A stretch of DNA of 64,000 nt, taken from assembly GCA_036172245.1 (NCBI GenBank), contig JAYWIR010000027.1:2852001-2916000 (forward strand), read 5' to 3'. The translations under genes were made by a program, and so were the position numbers. Source of the stretch: Raillietiella orientalis (lineage: Eukaryota). A model generated the notes under the pieces. The model worked only from the letters and a program-made list of their open reading frames with translations. It ran no database searches and was not told where the DNA came from. How positions within the stretch are numbered: the first letter of the stretch is position 1; each line of letters starts with the position of its first letter. Shown here in pieces: positions 11,548-23,599 of this stretch.

Positions 11548-12460
11548 GCGATGAGAAGCCGCGCCGAAAAAGGCCGGTCGGACGGTGACGTCACCGCCAC
11601 CATCTGCTCGTTCGTGAGGGAGGCGGCACCACGGCCACCTCTCACTGCCAGCAGCAGGATTTGCTCACATCCTCCGGAGGATGCTGAGGGATCCAGGAAG
11701 GAATCCTCGATCCTTTCCCTCCCCAACACGAGGGATGACCTGAAGTGGCCCCCAGCGATAACCGGAAGAAGGATCCTACCCCTAAAGTGGCAGGAGTCGG
11801 CGCTTATGCTGTTGCACTGGGGACTCCCCTGCAACGCACGCCGCCATCACTGGACACGGGGACGAGTGAATCCAAACTATGCCAGGAGTGGGGAGCGGGG
11901 ATCCCTCCCGCACCTCTTAGTTGACTGTGTTGGCCTCCGGCCCCTCTGGGAACGTTTCGGTACGACCCTAGGGATCGTGGAAGGTAGCCCTCTCAGAGAC
12001 GTTTTTCGGCTTTTCCTCGTGCGGGACGCCCTGCAGCCAGCCGCTGTCGCAGCAGCGCTCAGCTGCATCCGCGGTATTGTGGCGGCTTGGAGTGGATCCG
12101 ACGAAGCAGAAGATGCAAACGTCATGGAGTACGCAGCTCGCTTTCTGCGAATAGCAACCCGATGGCCCCACCTGGGAAATCTGCAGAAGGACCTCGTCGG
12201 CATCCTGCAAAGGATGAAAACTCCGCGCAGCGGACAGTGATCCCTTCCCGGCCCTCCAAAGAACTATGGTTTTTTGTTTTTCAGTTTTCCTTTATTTTGC
12301 TTGTTGCTTTTCCCACCCCCCTCCACTGACGTGGAGTGTCAGGTCGGAGTCTGCGCACCGACCACCCGGCAGCTCCCTAGTGCTATTGGCCGCAGCGGTG
12401 CCTCGTACCTCAAATACCGAAGGTTTTTTAAGAAACGCCCCGTCTTGACCGGGTGAAAAC
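11548..12460 (+). mobile_element. 5'-truncated non-LTR retrotransposon copy B (same family)
   Basis: Open frame to 12240 homologous to copy A (KWPPA...QESALMLLHWGLPCNARR...LPHLLVDCVGLRPLWER...LxxILQRM). 3' hairpin at 12437-12455. Candidate TSD gattgtg (11541-11547) / gattgcg (12461-12467). Confidence 0.85.
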
Positions 12461-13191
12461 GATTGCGTGGTCCTAGTGGTCACCGTGGATCGTTTTGTAG
12501 GAGGGTCGCGGTGTCCACTACAGCTGTTGGTTTGGATGCTGTTGCTAATCCGAAAGCGCCAGGGCAGATGGGACGTGTGACTGCGTGTTCTGTGCATGGT
12601 TACTTCGGTGACTGTTGGGATTGTTTTTCTTGGTTGGATATGTGTGGCATGTGTGACATGCATATGATGTTTCAAAAGATGCGTGTGGTCGGTATTCGTT
12701 ATCGCCTTGAAGTTTCGGATTATATGATGGGTGTTGAGACGACGCCCGAGTTAGATTTGAAGGAATTGCACTATGTGAAGAATTTAGCGTGTGGGCGGCA
12801 CCCTATGCAAGAAAATGAGTCTGCTGGTTCACCTGCTGGTCATGATGATATTGGACGGTATATCGAGTATTATCGTGGGAAACCTGGTGCGTGGCAACGA
12901 CGTATTGGGTTGTCTGGAAAGGGATCCGTGTATACTCCTGCTGTAGTTCAGTTGGAAACTACTTCGCTTGGGGGTATGTATATAAGGAGAAGGAAGTGCC
13001 CTTGGCTGGATACCGATAATTCGTATGATATGAAGGTGAGGGTGATGGGTTTGCGTGGGAGTATTATCAAGCATATTTCTGCTTTTAACGTCCCTGCCCC
13101 GTGGTTGGATGGCGTTCATTTCGCTCCTATCTGGCGTTTGCATCGTACAATTTATTTTCAATTTAAAAATGCTCGGTGCCCTGATTGGTGA
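12461..13191 (+). CDS. cap: Endogenous CRESS DNA virus capsid protein (circo/cyclovirus-like jelly-roll), N-terminus missing or displaced
   Basis: Uninterrupted 242-aa frame with MFQKMRVVGIRYRL, PWLDT and terminal TIYFQFKN, which are typical circovirus-like capsid motifs. It is convergent with a Rep gene. Confidence 0.8.
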
Positions 13192-13237
13192 AATACATTT
13201 TTATTGCTTTTATTGGAGTTCAACAATTATGCCTTCA

Positions 13238-13615
13238 TTATTTACGGTTAACACCGTTTTTTTTTCTCTGTGGGTCCTCGATTCGTTTCACTATCCATCG
13301 GTCTTCGCTGAGCTTGCTTGTGACTGGTTCCCAGTTTGCGAATATGATGACGTGTGGGGTGTTGAAGCATTTAATTTTTCTTTGGTACTTTGGGTCCATG
13401 ATGAGTCCGTTCTTGAGTGCCTCTATGAATCCATATTGTACTTGTTCGCGGTTGTCCCTGGTAAAGTCGATGATGATGATTTTATGCCCATTGAAGAGGT
13501 GTGCGGCGTCTTGCTTCCTACAACTTGTGAGGTATAGGGTGCCGCCATGCATGTAGAGATGCTTTGCGATTGTGTTTTTTCCACTGTTTCCTCTCTGATC
13601 GGCGTACCATCGATG
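13238..13615 (-). CDS. rep: Endogenous CRESS DNA virus Rep, C-terminal SF3 helicase domain (nanovirus/alphasatellite-like type), 5'-truncated
   Basis: WYADQRGNSGKN (Walker A), IIIIDFTR (Walker B), YGFIEALKNG...KY, HVIIFAN (motif C) and LSEDRW (Arg finger). Minus-strand AATAAA signals lie at about 13200-13214, between the two stop codons. Confidence 0.92.
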   Translation of the reverse strand, partial: HRWYADQRGNSGKNTIAKHLYMHGGTLYLTSCRKQDAAHLFNGHKIIIIDFTRDNREQVQYGFIEALKNGLIMDPKYQRKIKCFNTPHVIIFANWEPVTSKLSEDRWIVKRIEDPQRKKNGVNRK

Positions 13616-13619
13616 GCGC

Positions 13620-14391
13620 TGCCTCAGGGCAGCAGCGTGCGACAATAAGTGACGTGTGGGTGTCCACTCCAGCCAGCTGACCAGCGGGTGCTCCGATACT
13701 TCGCTTCCGGGGGCTGTTCTTCGGGACCGGAGGCGACCCTCTGCCCAGCTCCAGCGTTTCGGGACGCCGAGTCCGCCGTCCCGACGCGGAACGCACGAGT
13801 CCTTCCAGTGGACTCAGAACCCCCCAGGTGTGCCCCAAGAGGCCTACACTTTGATCTTAGCCAAAAGGCCGAGAAGCGAAGGCCTTTCGCCTCGGTCCCT
13901 TTGGTTACCCTACTTGGAGGACGGCAATCGAAAGGGAAGGGCAGGAGGAGGGGACCGCAAAAGGGCGCTCCACAGGACGGCCTGTTCCGGCAGGAGAAAC
14001 CCGCTATCCTGAAACGGGCCGAGCACACGTTGCCGCTCACTGCTGCACCTGCCGCCCTGATGCAGCCGTATCGGTTGCCGCGCAACGTCAGCAACCTCTG
14101 TACGGTCCTCCCACCTGTTGCTAATAGCAATGTTTGGCGCCTCGCACACGTTGTCGCTTATTGTTCACCCCACCCCACTTTTCCTGTGCGGACCTCAACG
14201 GACGGGCTGCTTACGAGAGGCAGCGCCTCCGGATATCTCCCTTCGTAGTGGAGGGCCACGAAACCTCTAAAGACATCCCCCTCGAAAGACATCTTTATAT
14301 AAAATATGACTGTTGTTTTGCAGATTTTTTTGTAATGTTTTTTTTCAAATTCTTTTTTACAATGAGCGCCCCGACGTGACCGGATGAAAAT
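13620..14391 (+). mobile_element. Divergent retroelement 3' end, copy C
   Basis: T-rich tail followed by the same terminal hairpin, gccccgacgtgaccggatg (14368-14386). The coding part is not recognisable and the left boundary is uncertain. Confidence 0.5.
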
Positions 14392-15099
14392 CCACCCCTC
14401 CCTCCCACCACACGAGTAGCAACGGCAGCCAGCCGTCCGACGTCAGCAAGCGGGTCGGATGGAGCGGCTCGGCGTCTGCCAACGACGGGCGTCGACGAAT
14501 GAAAAAAAAAAAAAAAAGAGAAACCCCTGTCGGGGAGCGCGGGAGCCACGACTATTCGGGTCCCCAAGCGGGATGGTGCCAGGAGGCAGCGGCGACCGCG
14601 GTGAACGATGGCGACTGCGTCGCCGCGGTGTTTGGGCGGATCAGCCGTTTGCCTGCAAGCTGTCCGTGCAGCAGGAGGCCGTCTCTCCACTTAGACGGCA
14701 GGGACCCCCTCGCCGGAGAAGGGCACTACCATTCAGGAGGGGAAAGAGAAATAGAGCAGGAGGGAACGAGAGGCTGCCACCCCATCATCCTCTTCCCAGT
14801 CGGAGCGGCCTACGTGGAGAGCACGCGGTGAACGCTGCAGCGAATGCGGGGCGCCACCGGCCTCTGCCGCTTCCGTGCCTCGCGCAGAAATCTCAACGGG
14901 CCACATGACCGGTAGGACGCGGGGCTTGCGGAGATGGAGCGCTGCGCTCCTTTGATCTCGCCTCTCGCCTCAAGGGATCCACGGTGTCGACGCGAATCGA
15001 GGGCGAAAGGTCCGGCAAAGCCCGTGCTGGGGACGTGGCGCCGTCCGCGAGCCACGCCAGGTAGGATGAGTGCGTGCGAACCCCCCATAAAGAAAGGGC

Positions 15100-16187
15100 C
15101 GTGCGGCCCGGTCTGCCACGAACCTGACCTTCCTCGTGACCCGAGACCCCGCTCATCGGCTGCTGCTCCTTCAAGTCCGTCCAAGGGAGCTCTGCTTACC
15201 CGCGAGCCCGAGGTTCATTGGTCCGGCTAGTGAGGGTTGGACTCGCGCGCGGGACAGCCGGGGCACCGTGAGGACTCGCCCTCCCGCCGAACGACCCCCG
15301 GGTCCAGAGGAACAGCGCGGACGTGATCAGAGCGCTTCTTGACACTCTGGAGAGGCACCGCCCCCCCACACCTAAAAAGGCAACACCCAGCCCCATGGTA
15401 CGACTTCACTTGTACAACCGGAGGGGAACCCCGAAGGGCTCCTTGATTCCTGAAAGGACCCCGGCGGGTCAACTTCCAATCCCGTCCAGTCAACTGGACA
15501 TCCGGCTTCCACTCCCCTACTTTTCCTGGTTGCTCTGCACTGCGACCTTCCATGCATGCAACGCCTGCCGGGATCATTAGACACGGGAGGGAGAGGTGGA
15601 CCCAAACTGTGGCAGGTGCAAGGAGCGGGAATCCCACCCGCACCTCCAAGTGAACTGTGTTGTCCTTCGGTCCCTTTGGGACGCTTTGCCGCGACTTTTG
15701 GAAGCCCCGGCGGCAACTCCAGGGACGTTGTCAAGCATCTCTGCCTGCGTGACGTCTCCACGCTGGCCGCATCTCCAGGAGCACTTTGCTGCTTACGCGG
15801 GGTCGTAGCTGCATGGAGCAGCAACGCCAGAGGAAGCCAGAGCAACAGGGACGCCATCTATTCTGCTGTCCTCTTCATGAGGACAGCGTCAAGATGGCCC
15901 AATCTGGGAACCATGAAACAGGAACTTGCCGGCATCCTTACAAGGATGCGGAGGACATCCTCCAGCACAAAGTGATTTCTTCCCGAACCCCTTCATTTTT
16001 TGACTGTATGTTTTGTTTTATTTATTTTTTTTCTTTTTGTTTGTCTTCCTTTCCCCTGTGCTGCCGAGGCGAACTCCGTTCCCAGCAGGCTCCTTCTCGT
16101 AGCTATAAGTAACGTGGCAGGATCAAACGCCCTGCCACACACGTTTACTTTTTATAAATAAATGCCCCGACGTGACCGGGTGTCAAC
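15100..16187 (+). mobile_element. 5'-truncated non-LTR retrotransposon copy D
   Basis: DPNCGRCKERESHPHLQVNC (intact zf-RVT), frameshifting into ALCCLRGVVAAW...ASRWPNLGTMKQELAGILTRM* (15975). AATAAA at 16157 and hairpin at 16164-16182. Left boundary approximate. Confidence 0.85.
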
Positions 16188-16345
16188 CAGTGTCGCACTC
16201 GAATGTAGGCCAAGCAGCATGATCTTTTAGGGGAAGAGACTGGAAACCCACGGCGCACCCACCATTTCTCTGCGTCGATTCTCCAAGTGGAGATTCGAAC
16301 CTGCAACGCTCGGTGCCACGCGCGAAGACCGCACGCACGCACACA
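16188..16345 (-). mobile_element. tRNA-derived SINE-like element, antisense to LINE copy D
   Basis: B-box GGTTCGAATC on the minus strand (16292-16301). The body aligns by eye with 32645-32800 and 42845-43008. Confidence 0.6.
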
Positions 16346-16379
16346 GCGTTCCTCTGGGAAGACCACGAATCTCAGGGAC

Positions 16380-17070
16380 CTGACCGTTTCCGACCTACCC
16401 TTCTCCAGCTACACCACTTCTTTACTAAAGAAATGGATCCTCTCCTTCACGTGGGCGGACGCCCAGCCTTTGCCGCCGTTCTTCCAGTTCCTTCCACACC
16501 CTGAGCTACGCTGGCGGCGCGACACGCCTGTCGACCGAAGCTGCCTCTGCAGCAAGACGGAGTACCATAAGCAGCGACCTTGTGATCTTTCCTTCCTTCG
16601 GGACTTTAGAATCCGGGGCCGAGTGCCCACAACGTTTCCCGATTTGTCCACGAAACTCTGCAACAGAGGCAGACCGCGACAGAGACCGGACGCAGACTCC
16701 CTTCGATTCCCTTCCGCCTTAACGGAAGTGAAGCGCCTCACACCGTGGGAACTGACACGTTGGTCGGCGCTTCCGAAAGTCCACACTCGGCTCGGCTCCC
16801 GGTTCGTTCAAAAAAAAGCTCCTCCTTGCTGGAACTCTGGACGCGGGAAGTTCTGCTGCGGCTTCTGAAGTGGGCCAACAGAAGGCGCGAGCCAAACCAG
16901 AAAGCGCCGTGGTCGCGACGTGCTACTCTGCAGGGACGAGGTCACCCACTCTCCCCACCCGGAGGCTCATCAAAGTGTTGGCGATCCGGAATTTTCGCTC
17001 CCGCCTCTTCTTATCCGCGGTGCGCAATTCTGGAAAGAGGGAAACCCGGTCTTCGTCCCCATCCTAAGCG
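16380..17070 (+). mobile_element. Probable further degenerate LINE ORF2 fragment
   Basis: SLLKKWILSF resembles the post-RT LLxKWIW motif; partial by-eye similarity to the reverse complement of 34080-34170. Confidence 0.3.
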
Positions 17071-18812
17071 TACCCATTGCGATTTCTGCATCACCATGTG
17101 CTGAACTGAGAGTGCCCCTTAATGCTAATTGAAAAAACGGGGAACGGTTCTGCTCAACTTAACGGCTGGCAAAGGCCACAGCAATCGCGTCGCAAGCGAC
17201 CCCTACTTGATTTGGCCACTCTCACAGTAAGCGAACGAAGAATTCATCAGAAAAGATAGGAAGCTGTCAAAAAAACCGGACAAAGCTGCTTCTCATGGTG
17301 GGAGACCCATTTCTGTTCCACGGTGGATGTAGTACCGAGTCGACAGTACTTCTGGCATCTGGACTGTCTTGGATAGCTTCTTGACTGTCTGATCTTCAAG
17401 CCCAACATCGCACATGTGGATATCCAATGGGAAAACACGCATAGGGGACACTTCCAAATATCTCGTGCAGAAAACAGAGCCGACCCAACTGGAATCCGAA
17501 GACGCATAGGTTCCGTGAAGGCCGCAACATCGCCTCCAGTCATCCTGAGCAGACTCCCCCTGACAGCTGGCCGCACTGATCAAACAAATGACAGAGAACC
17601 TTCCCGAGCGTCATGCTACGCAACGTACTGCACGATGCTCGTAGTGGGAGAGGGGGGGGGGGGACACAAGGAGGAAGCGAACCTGGCTTGTTCCTCACCA
17701 CCACCAGCTCTTACGGAAATTTGGTGGGCGGCCGCCCGCGAGGCGAGCTCCGAAATTCCGCCATTTTCCAGCAGCACACCCCGGGTTGCCAGCCGGCACG
17801 TTCTGGCTTCGGGACCCCAGCGCTTGCCACACTTATCGCCTTGCCACGGAAACGTCCTGACACATCAAGACGCCTGAAATGCGTCCAAATCAGGTTCTTG
17901 GGAAGGCCGCCATCCCGGATGTCTTCGTCGTTATGGCGGCGGGCATCTATTCGAACTTCACACGGCACGAGGCGCGATTTTCAGATCAGCTCGCGCTCCC
18001 CATGGAACAAAAAACATTCCCAGCGCAGCAAGCGGTTGCTTGCATGCCTCTTGCATGCGTCCGTTAAGCACCAACAGCAACTATCACTAACATGAATGGC
18101 AATGCAGCTTTCCTTTCACAATCATGCAACTCTCTCTGGGGCGGTCTGAACGTCTCCTCGCATTCCGTTCAGTTCTTCCGCCGAATCTTTTCCGTTCGCA
18201 TGCTACATGGGAAACTGAAGTCAGTGAGGCGGCGAGTGAGGGTCCCAAACGAAGTCAGTTCCACCAAAAGTCAAATCAGAGCGCGCGCATGAAAAATTCT
18301 TTGCGACATGAGAAAACCCTCATAACGCAAACAGCGAACTTCCACTTGTGGCCCTACTTGTACTCGTGTGTACCGTAACTCACAATCGGTCTCTTCAATT
18401 CAGTACCACTCCGAAACTATTTGAAGTAGAATGCTATCAGAATTGGTTAGAATTGGCTGTTTTTGGGGCTGAACAGGTCAGACTATCAGCACCGAGACGA
18501 AAACCTTCCAGAAGGCCACGATACCAAATTCACCAAACTTGGTTTACGCTACCGGAATGACCCAAGTATAACTTTCAAAACCGAAACCAAAAAAATTCCC
18601 CCATTGAAAAACTGAAGAAAACCCCTGAAACACTTGCTGCCGAAATCCAAAATGGAAGTGAACACGCCAAAACCTGAAACCTGCAAACACTTTTACTTTC
18701 AATGAGTCTTCACCATGAATGTATTCATCATGATCTGGGAGGCTGCCTCACAGGTCTATCTTGAAAAAAACAAAACAATACAAGAGATACCCTGAATTGG
18801 ATCTGAAGATGT

Positions 18813-20723
18813 CTAATGGTGCTGACTGCTACTTGATTCTGCTTCTTGCTTTTTGATTTTTATCAGATGTGCCAGGTATTTGAATCTCTTCAGACACTCC
18901 TCCTAGAAAGTGACATCACACACTGAGATGGGTCTTACCATTTCCCTACCTTGTCCTTCCCCTCTACAGCATCTGCTATCCGATCCCACCTCTCCATGGT
19001 TCCTTTAGGATAGGTTACTAAAGCATGCTCCAAAGCGTGCTGTTGTTTCTGAGTCCAGCCATCTGCAACAAGATGCTGCATTTCTTCTGCTAACTGCTCT
19101 GAAAGCAGCACTGGCTTTGGAACTTCCTGGGTCTGTGATAGCTGCTGTGATTTGTAATCATTCTCTTTCATTTTTTTTGCCATCCTTGTAACTTCATACA
19201 CAGAACGATGCATTTGTTTGGCAATGATTTCCCAGCGTCCACTGTAGCCTCCAGGATAACGTTTCATGAGCTGTGCTAATTCAGCTACATCACTGTCTTC
19301 CCAAAAGCCGCCAGTAATATCAGAAGCCTGAAACTCGTGGCATTCTCCATCAATCTCAATCACTTCCTTGGTTTCTTCTTTTTCATACTCTGGATAACAA
19401 AAGTGCCAAGAATCCAAACTTGGCTCCCAGTACCTGCAATTTCTGGAATCACAGGTGCCTTCCAAGACTTGGTCCTCTTTTCGAATTTTGGCATAGATTG
19501 TTCTTTTGCTTTTTGCAACTTGGCTTTGTGAGCTGCTTTCCTATGCTGATGGATGGCATTTAGCAACTGTGGGATGTTAAACACCAACATCCGCAATCCT
19601 GACCACAACTGGAAAGGCCACAAGTTGGTGTAACTGAAAAATACAAGGGTACATCATTCATTAGAACCATAACAGGCCAAAGTGAATTCGCAAGTGGCCT
19701 TTCTGGTTTTGGACTAGAACTGGAATTCTGTGACAGGAAGGCAAAATGCCATGGGATGAATGAAGGATATAGGCAACAGTGGGGATTGGAAGTATCATGT
19801 GTAGTTACTTAACCAATGCTACATCATTGAAAGGAATAGGCAAAGAAACAAGGTCAACTTACTTGACTAGCATTTACCTCGGCTTTGGGATGTGAACACT
19901 TGAATGTTTCCTTCTCTGAGGCATCTGAAATGCATCCATTTAAACCACCATGAAATATGACCGTTTTGTATTTCTTCTCAGTTGATTAGATAAACAGATG
20001 CCAAAACTCACATAAAATTGTTTCTCATAGTAGGAAGCCCATGACACACCATACTGTCCTACGGTGAATATAATACAAAGAGTAAACAATAATTCCGTTA
20101 TTGAGAGCTTCTTAACACGTCTAAAATAGTACACCGGCTGTTTCCAGTTTGGTAAACCTTCTTCCAATATTTTTTCATATTTTTTCCTTTTCTCGTCATC
20201 ACGAAGGATATCGTGCACCGCTGTTAACTACAATTAGGCTGGCATAAGGAAAAACATCACATGCACGTTGCAGGAAAGCAATCAGACAAACTACCCAGGC
20301 ATCATATTTGTTGCACTGACCTGCCTAAATTTAATTTCGGCATCTGCTTCGGAATTTCTGTCGGGATGAAGTTTCAGCGACAGCTGTCTATAAGATTTTT
20401 TTATTTCTTTCACGGTTGCATTCTAAAAGAGATTGAGGATGTCGATCACAAGCTTTGTGTGAATCACACGTCAAACACTGTTTCCATCACACCCAAATCG
20501 TGAACACGAGTGGTGTGATCACCTTCACTGTCCACGTCCCATGGGGCAAAAATCCCAAGTGCAATCGTTCAAAACACAAACTTACTTTAGGAACTTGCAA
20601 CAGTTCGTAAAAGCTCTGATTGACTTCCTCCACCAAGTCGAACAATTCGAAGTCACTGAAATCCCACTCGCCACAGCATGGTGCCACAGGGATTAACAGG
20701 TACACGAAAATTTGGGACAGCAT
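18813..20723 (-). CDS. DNAJC1: DnaJ homolog subfamily C member 1 (ERdj1/MTJ1)-like, multi-exon
   Basis: Signal-like N-terminus, [24 protein letters not shown]-domain [32 protein letters not shown], a TM segment and two SANT domains ([44 protein letters not shown]). Short GT-AG introns. Confidence 0.93.
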
Positions 20724-21359
20724 CACTTGGGCACTGCCACGTTTTGCCCTTCACATCGTCATGGTAACTGCACTACGCAAAGGAAAGTCTGCAGCTAAGT
20801 TGCATCCAGGGCAGGAAAGTCATCAGCAGCCAGAATCAAGGCCCCTTTCGAATTGCTTGCTATCCTTGTAAAGAACTGCTGCCGTGCAACGGCCAAAAAT
20901 CGATCCCGTGAACACGCTGGCAAGAATTTCGTGTTCGCTTCCTTTACGTGCGGAACTCATTCCAAGGTGTGCTCTGGCAGTAAAGCCAGGGGGGGGGGGG
21001 GGGAAGGAAGAAAGAAAATGGCATCGGCAACACGGACACATCTTTCATTCGATCCTTGATAATAAGCATTCTCTCTTCGAAGGATCACTAGGAAAGTACA
21101 AAAGCATTAGAAGTCCATAATTATTAAGGCAACTTGCTTACCACCTGCATGCATGATCCCACTGTGCTCTGCAAGCGTTCCCCGAAGGGCAACACAAACT
21201 AATTCAAACATGCACAGCATCCCAACCAGATAATCTTAAACATGATGCACACGTGTGAAAGAAGTGTTTGCGTGCATTCGGTGTGCTTTGTGCCCGTGGC
21301 CGCCGCCTGATGTTGAAGGCCAATCATAACAGCCATCCCGTGTGATGGATCTCGAGAAT

Positions 21360-23115
21360 CTGAGGGATTTGAGCAGTAGCAAAATGACTGCTTCTTTGGA
21401 AAGGAAGAAAGAGCAAGGAGAGTTCATTCAGATGTACGAGTCAAAAAGAAGACAGAAGCAAAATTCTCGGGTAGGTGTAGCAAATCACACGCCTACATCG
21501 CAAGCCAAACGGTAAACTGGCCAGGAGTGCAGATGTGGAAACAGAGATTCTGTCCACAAACATATGGGCATCAGGATGCTTCCATGATTTCGCCTCGACT
21601 CTGACACTCATCTGTTTCTACATAGGGGTAGAGAGATTCCATTCATTTGGTAGTTGCAGATGTGCATTCATCTTTCAAACAGAGTTTGAAGCCAATGAAA
21701 ATTATCAGCTTGCTTTTTAAAAGGTAAACCTCCCTAAGGCTCCAAGTTTCCAATAATTTTTCAGCTTAGTATCAGATAAGCAGGGAAGGATGCAAAAGCA
21801 GAAATCCCATGACCAAGTCATCCGTTCCGGCGAGAGGCTGTTGAATTTCAAAAGCGGTGGATGGAAACCGAGTCATTCAGATTAAATTTCCAGCTGCATG
21901 GCAAGGCAGACTCAGACAGGAGACCAAGAAAGTAGACCCTGGGAACTGGATTCCGAGTGTATGACAAAGGACGACCTGAGGGCATTCTGAATGCTCGTGA
22001 TAGCTGTATTGGGATTTGCCTCCAAGATGGGAAAATCATGGCTTTTGATGACCACTTGCCACCCCGGAGCAGGATGGATGACGGCACCCTCAGAAAAGGC
22101 TCAGGATTTCCCAAGGTTTGTGAATAAGGAGAAAGAGATGGAAGATGAACTGCAGCAGTCGGTTTTGAAATAATTTGGATGGCAGGAAAGGAAAGAAGAG
22201 GAAAGCAAGAAACTCGAGAGAAGAAAGAACTCGAGAGTTGATGGATCTCGACAATTCGTGGCGATCCGCGAGGGCGATCCGCGACGAATGGCGACGAAAG
22301 AAATCACTGAGCTGCAACACGTTCTCGTCTTTTTAGATGAGTGAAAAAGCGTGATCCAAAAAGAGCTTGCAGCATACTCCTGTGGAACATGGGGAGCCTA
22401 AACGTGCGGGCTCGTGAGGGTCGTGTTCGGGGCTTCCTAGCTGCGTCTGGGAAGCGACTCGAGAAAAGACTAAGGTTTCTAGATGAATTTGCAGCTCTAG
22501 AGGAGCTTCTGTGCGCATGTCTTCAGCCAAGAATGCATCTGGAAAAAGGGACTTGCTAACGGAGTAAATGGAAACAAGCATTTCAACTTCGGTTTCCACT
22601 GTGCCTTCTAAGGAACGCTAGAAGCTCTAGAAGTGAGAAACAAATGAGAAAAGGCGGGAGCGGACGAAGGCGATGTCTCCACTTTTCGTATGGAATCTCG
22701 TGATCGATCGGAGTGTGACGTCTCGATTCACGAGGGTGGGAGCTACTCCACTTTTCCGGGTACTGCTGGCCGCAACAGCAATTACGTGGTCGGTCTCAGG
22801 TCTCTTGAGAAGGGAAACCATGGACGCTTTCTTAGTTTCGCAAGAGCGGTTCCCGACACTTGTGTCAAATCTAAAGAAAAAATCACGGGCAGGGTAGTGT
22901 CCCTGCCAATCCTTCTCTTGAATGGAATCCCTCACTCCACCCACTCACTATAAGAGTACTACTATCCAGGTGGTCTGCTCATCAATCACACAAGCAGAAG
23001 GACAATTGCTTTGCAATCGTACTTAACCAAGCACAAAACACAGTATTTCGGAATTGTCCAGAAAGCTCGTTTTCGTAGACTGGCTGCCATTGAAGAGCAA
23101 AAGATGGAACTGTAA
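21360..23115 (+). other. Candidate unidentified or decayed coiled-coil-rich spliced gene, divergent from DNAJC1
   Basis: Charged, protein-like segments (ERKEEESKKLERRK; RLEKRLRFLDEFAALEELL; ARFRRLAAIEEQKMEL*) but no consistent exon chain could be built. Confidence 0.25.
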
Positions 23116-23599
23116 AGAACTGTTGGGCTGATTATGGAAGAAACTGCCACGGCTTCCCTCGATCGCAACCTTCCCTAACGCTCCAAACCTCCAGCGGTTA
23201 CACATTGTGATCAACACATCCCATTTCGTGCAACACCTTATGAGGTGCAGCCGAGGAGTTTTCCCGAATGGGATATGCACCTTCGATAGAATCACATTAA
23301 AGTTTTCCTTGTTCGTAGGGTGAAAAGCTCTTGCTTGAAAGGCTTCCAGCCTTTGTTTTCGAATTTTTGTTCGCTAATCATGCACTTTCCATGCATTTCG
23401 CATTTAAATTTCTGGGGCGTACGTGTTCGAATACTGAAAAGTACACCACCATCAACGAATTATTCTTTTACCTTTGTCAAAAATCTAATCTTAACACGAA
23501 GCTTGGCCACATTATTAACTATTTCTCAATTTTCTACGGTAAAAGGGGAAGATTGAAAATGATCTTTAAACTTCCAATTTTACCAAACTTCCAATTTTG

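Noticed and set aside
10860..13700. CRESS origin stem-loop with a NANTATTAC nonanucleotide
   Set aside because: None was found by eye in or around the viral insert; the hairpin at 12437 belongs to the LINE.
14170..14398. ccacccc as a TSD for copy C
   Set aside because: A similar C-rich tract is part of the family 3' UTR in copy B, so the match may be coincidental.
9205..16190. CRISPR array or integron interpretation of the recurring 19-nt hairpin
   Set aside because: Spacing is 1.8-2.3 kb, the motif is the 3' end of retroelement copies (TSD evidence), no cas or integrase gene is present, and the DNA is eukaryotic.
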